Shown here one piece after another: positions 63,715 through 64,000 of a stretch of 64,000 nt of DNA. Source of the stretch: Syntrophorhabdaceae bacterium (GTDB lineage Bacteria > Desulfobacterota > Syntrophorhabdia > Syntrophorhabdales > Syntrophorhabdaceae); NCBI GenBank assembly GCA_963666485.2, contig CAXXUO010000003.1, positions 256,001 to 320,000 of the forward strand, read 5' to 3'. Below the pieces are notes generated by a model that worked only from the letters and a program-made list of their open reading frames with translations, was not told the DNA's origin and made no database searches. Positions within the stretch are counted from its first letter, which is position 1. Each line of letters opens with the position of its first letter. The position numbers were made by a program, and so were the translations under genes.

Positions 63715-64000
63715 TTACTCCACGTCATAGTACGATTCGAATATCTCGCTGTTTTTCTTTACTTCGGGTAGCACGTAAATGACGCCCCGTACATTGGCAA
63801 AGACCGGCCGGATAACCTCATCGAAGAATTTCACGGGCACATTGATGCAGCCGTATGAGATCCTGTTGTCCAGCGGCGTAGGTGTGGCCAGGCGCTCAAG
63901 CCTGCGCTCCCGGGGGTCATCCGTTATGACGCGGTGCAGGGAGACGGCCTTGCCGTGATCAACCCACAGCACATTGCTCCCGTCGGAATTGTGGCCGAGC
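63715..64000 (-). CDS. L,D-transpeptidase-like protein, C-terminal part (runs off the window)
   Basis: SLH...SYGCINV catalytic His/Cys pattern. Confidence 0.75.
   Translation of the reverse strand, partial: LGHNSDGSNVLWVDHGKAVSLHRVITDDPRERRLERLATPTPLDNRISYGCINVPVKFFDEVIRPVFANVRGVIYVLPEVKKNSEIFESYYDVE

Overview
64 kb of mostly housekeeping chromosome from an anaerobic, moderately GC-rich bacterium; gene content and order suggest a syntrophic deltaproteobacterium (inference). Core genes: rnr, 2-oxoacid:ferredoxin oxidoreductase alpha/beta, purC, pdxA-surA-ppiC-mfd, aspS, a Re-citrate-synthase-like/LeuCD-like/icd operon, prfB with its programmed +1 frameshift, zapB-zapA-6S RNA-rny-ymdB-tyrS-tRNA-Asn, gapN-like, ald, gpsA-gyrA, truA, mscL, corA, ctpA and an fprA-rubrerythrin-Isf-feoAB cluster. 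The top signal is an IS110 (IS621-like) element at 1751-2933 whose ends, CT core, circle-junction promoter and bridge-RNA target and donor guides can be read directly from the sequence; it sits in the tail of a CGTC-type REP palindrome family found throughout the window. Also notable: a 10-kb putative exopolysaccharide system (GT2 synthase, GH26, TPR/beta-barrel exporter, stand-alone PilZ, Hpt, partner-switching module), and heptamer-period tandem repeats that start right after stop codons and form inverted arms, including a ~160-bp composite element present twice.
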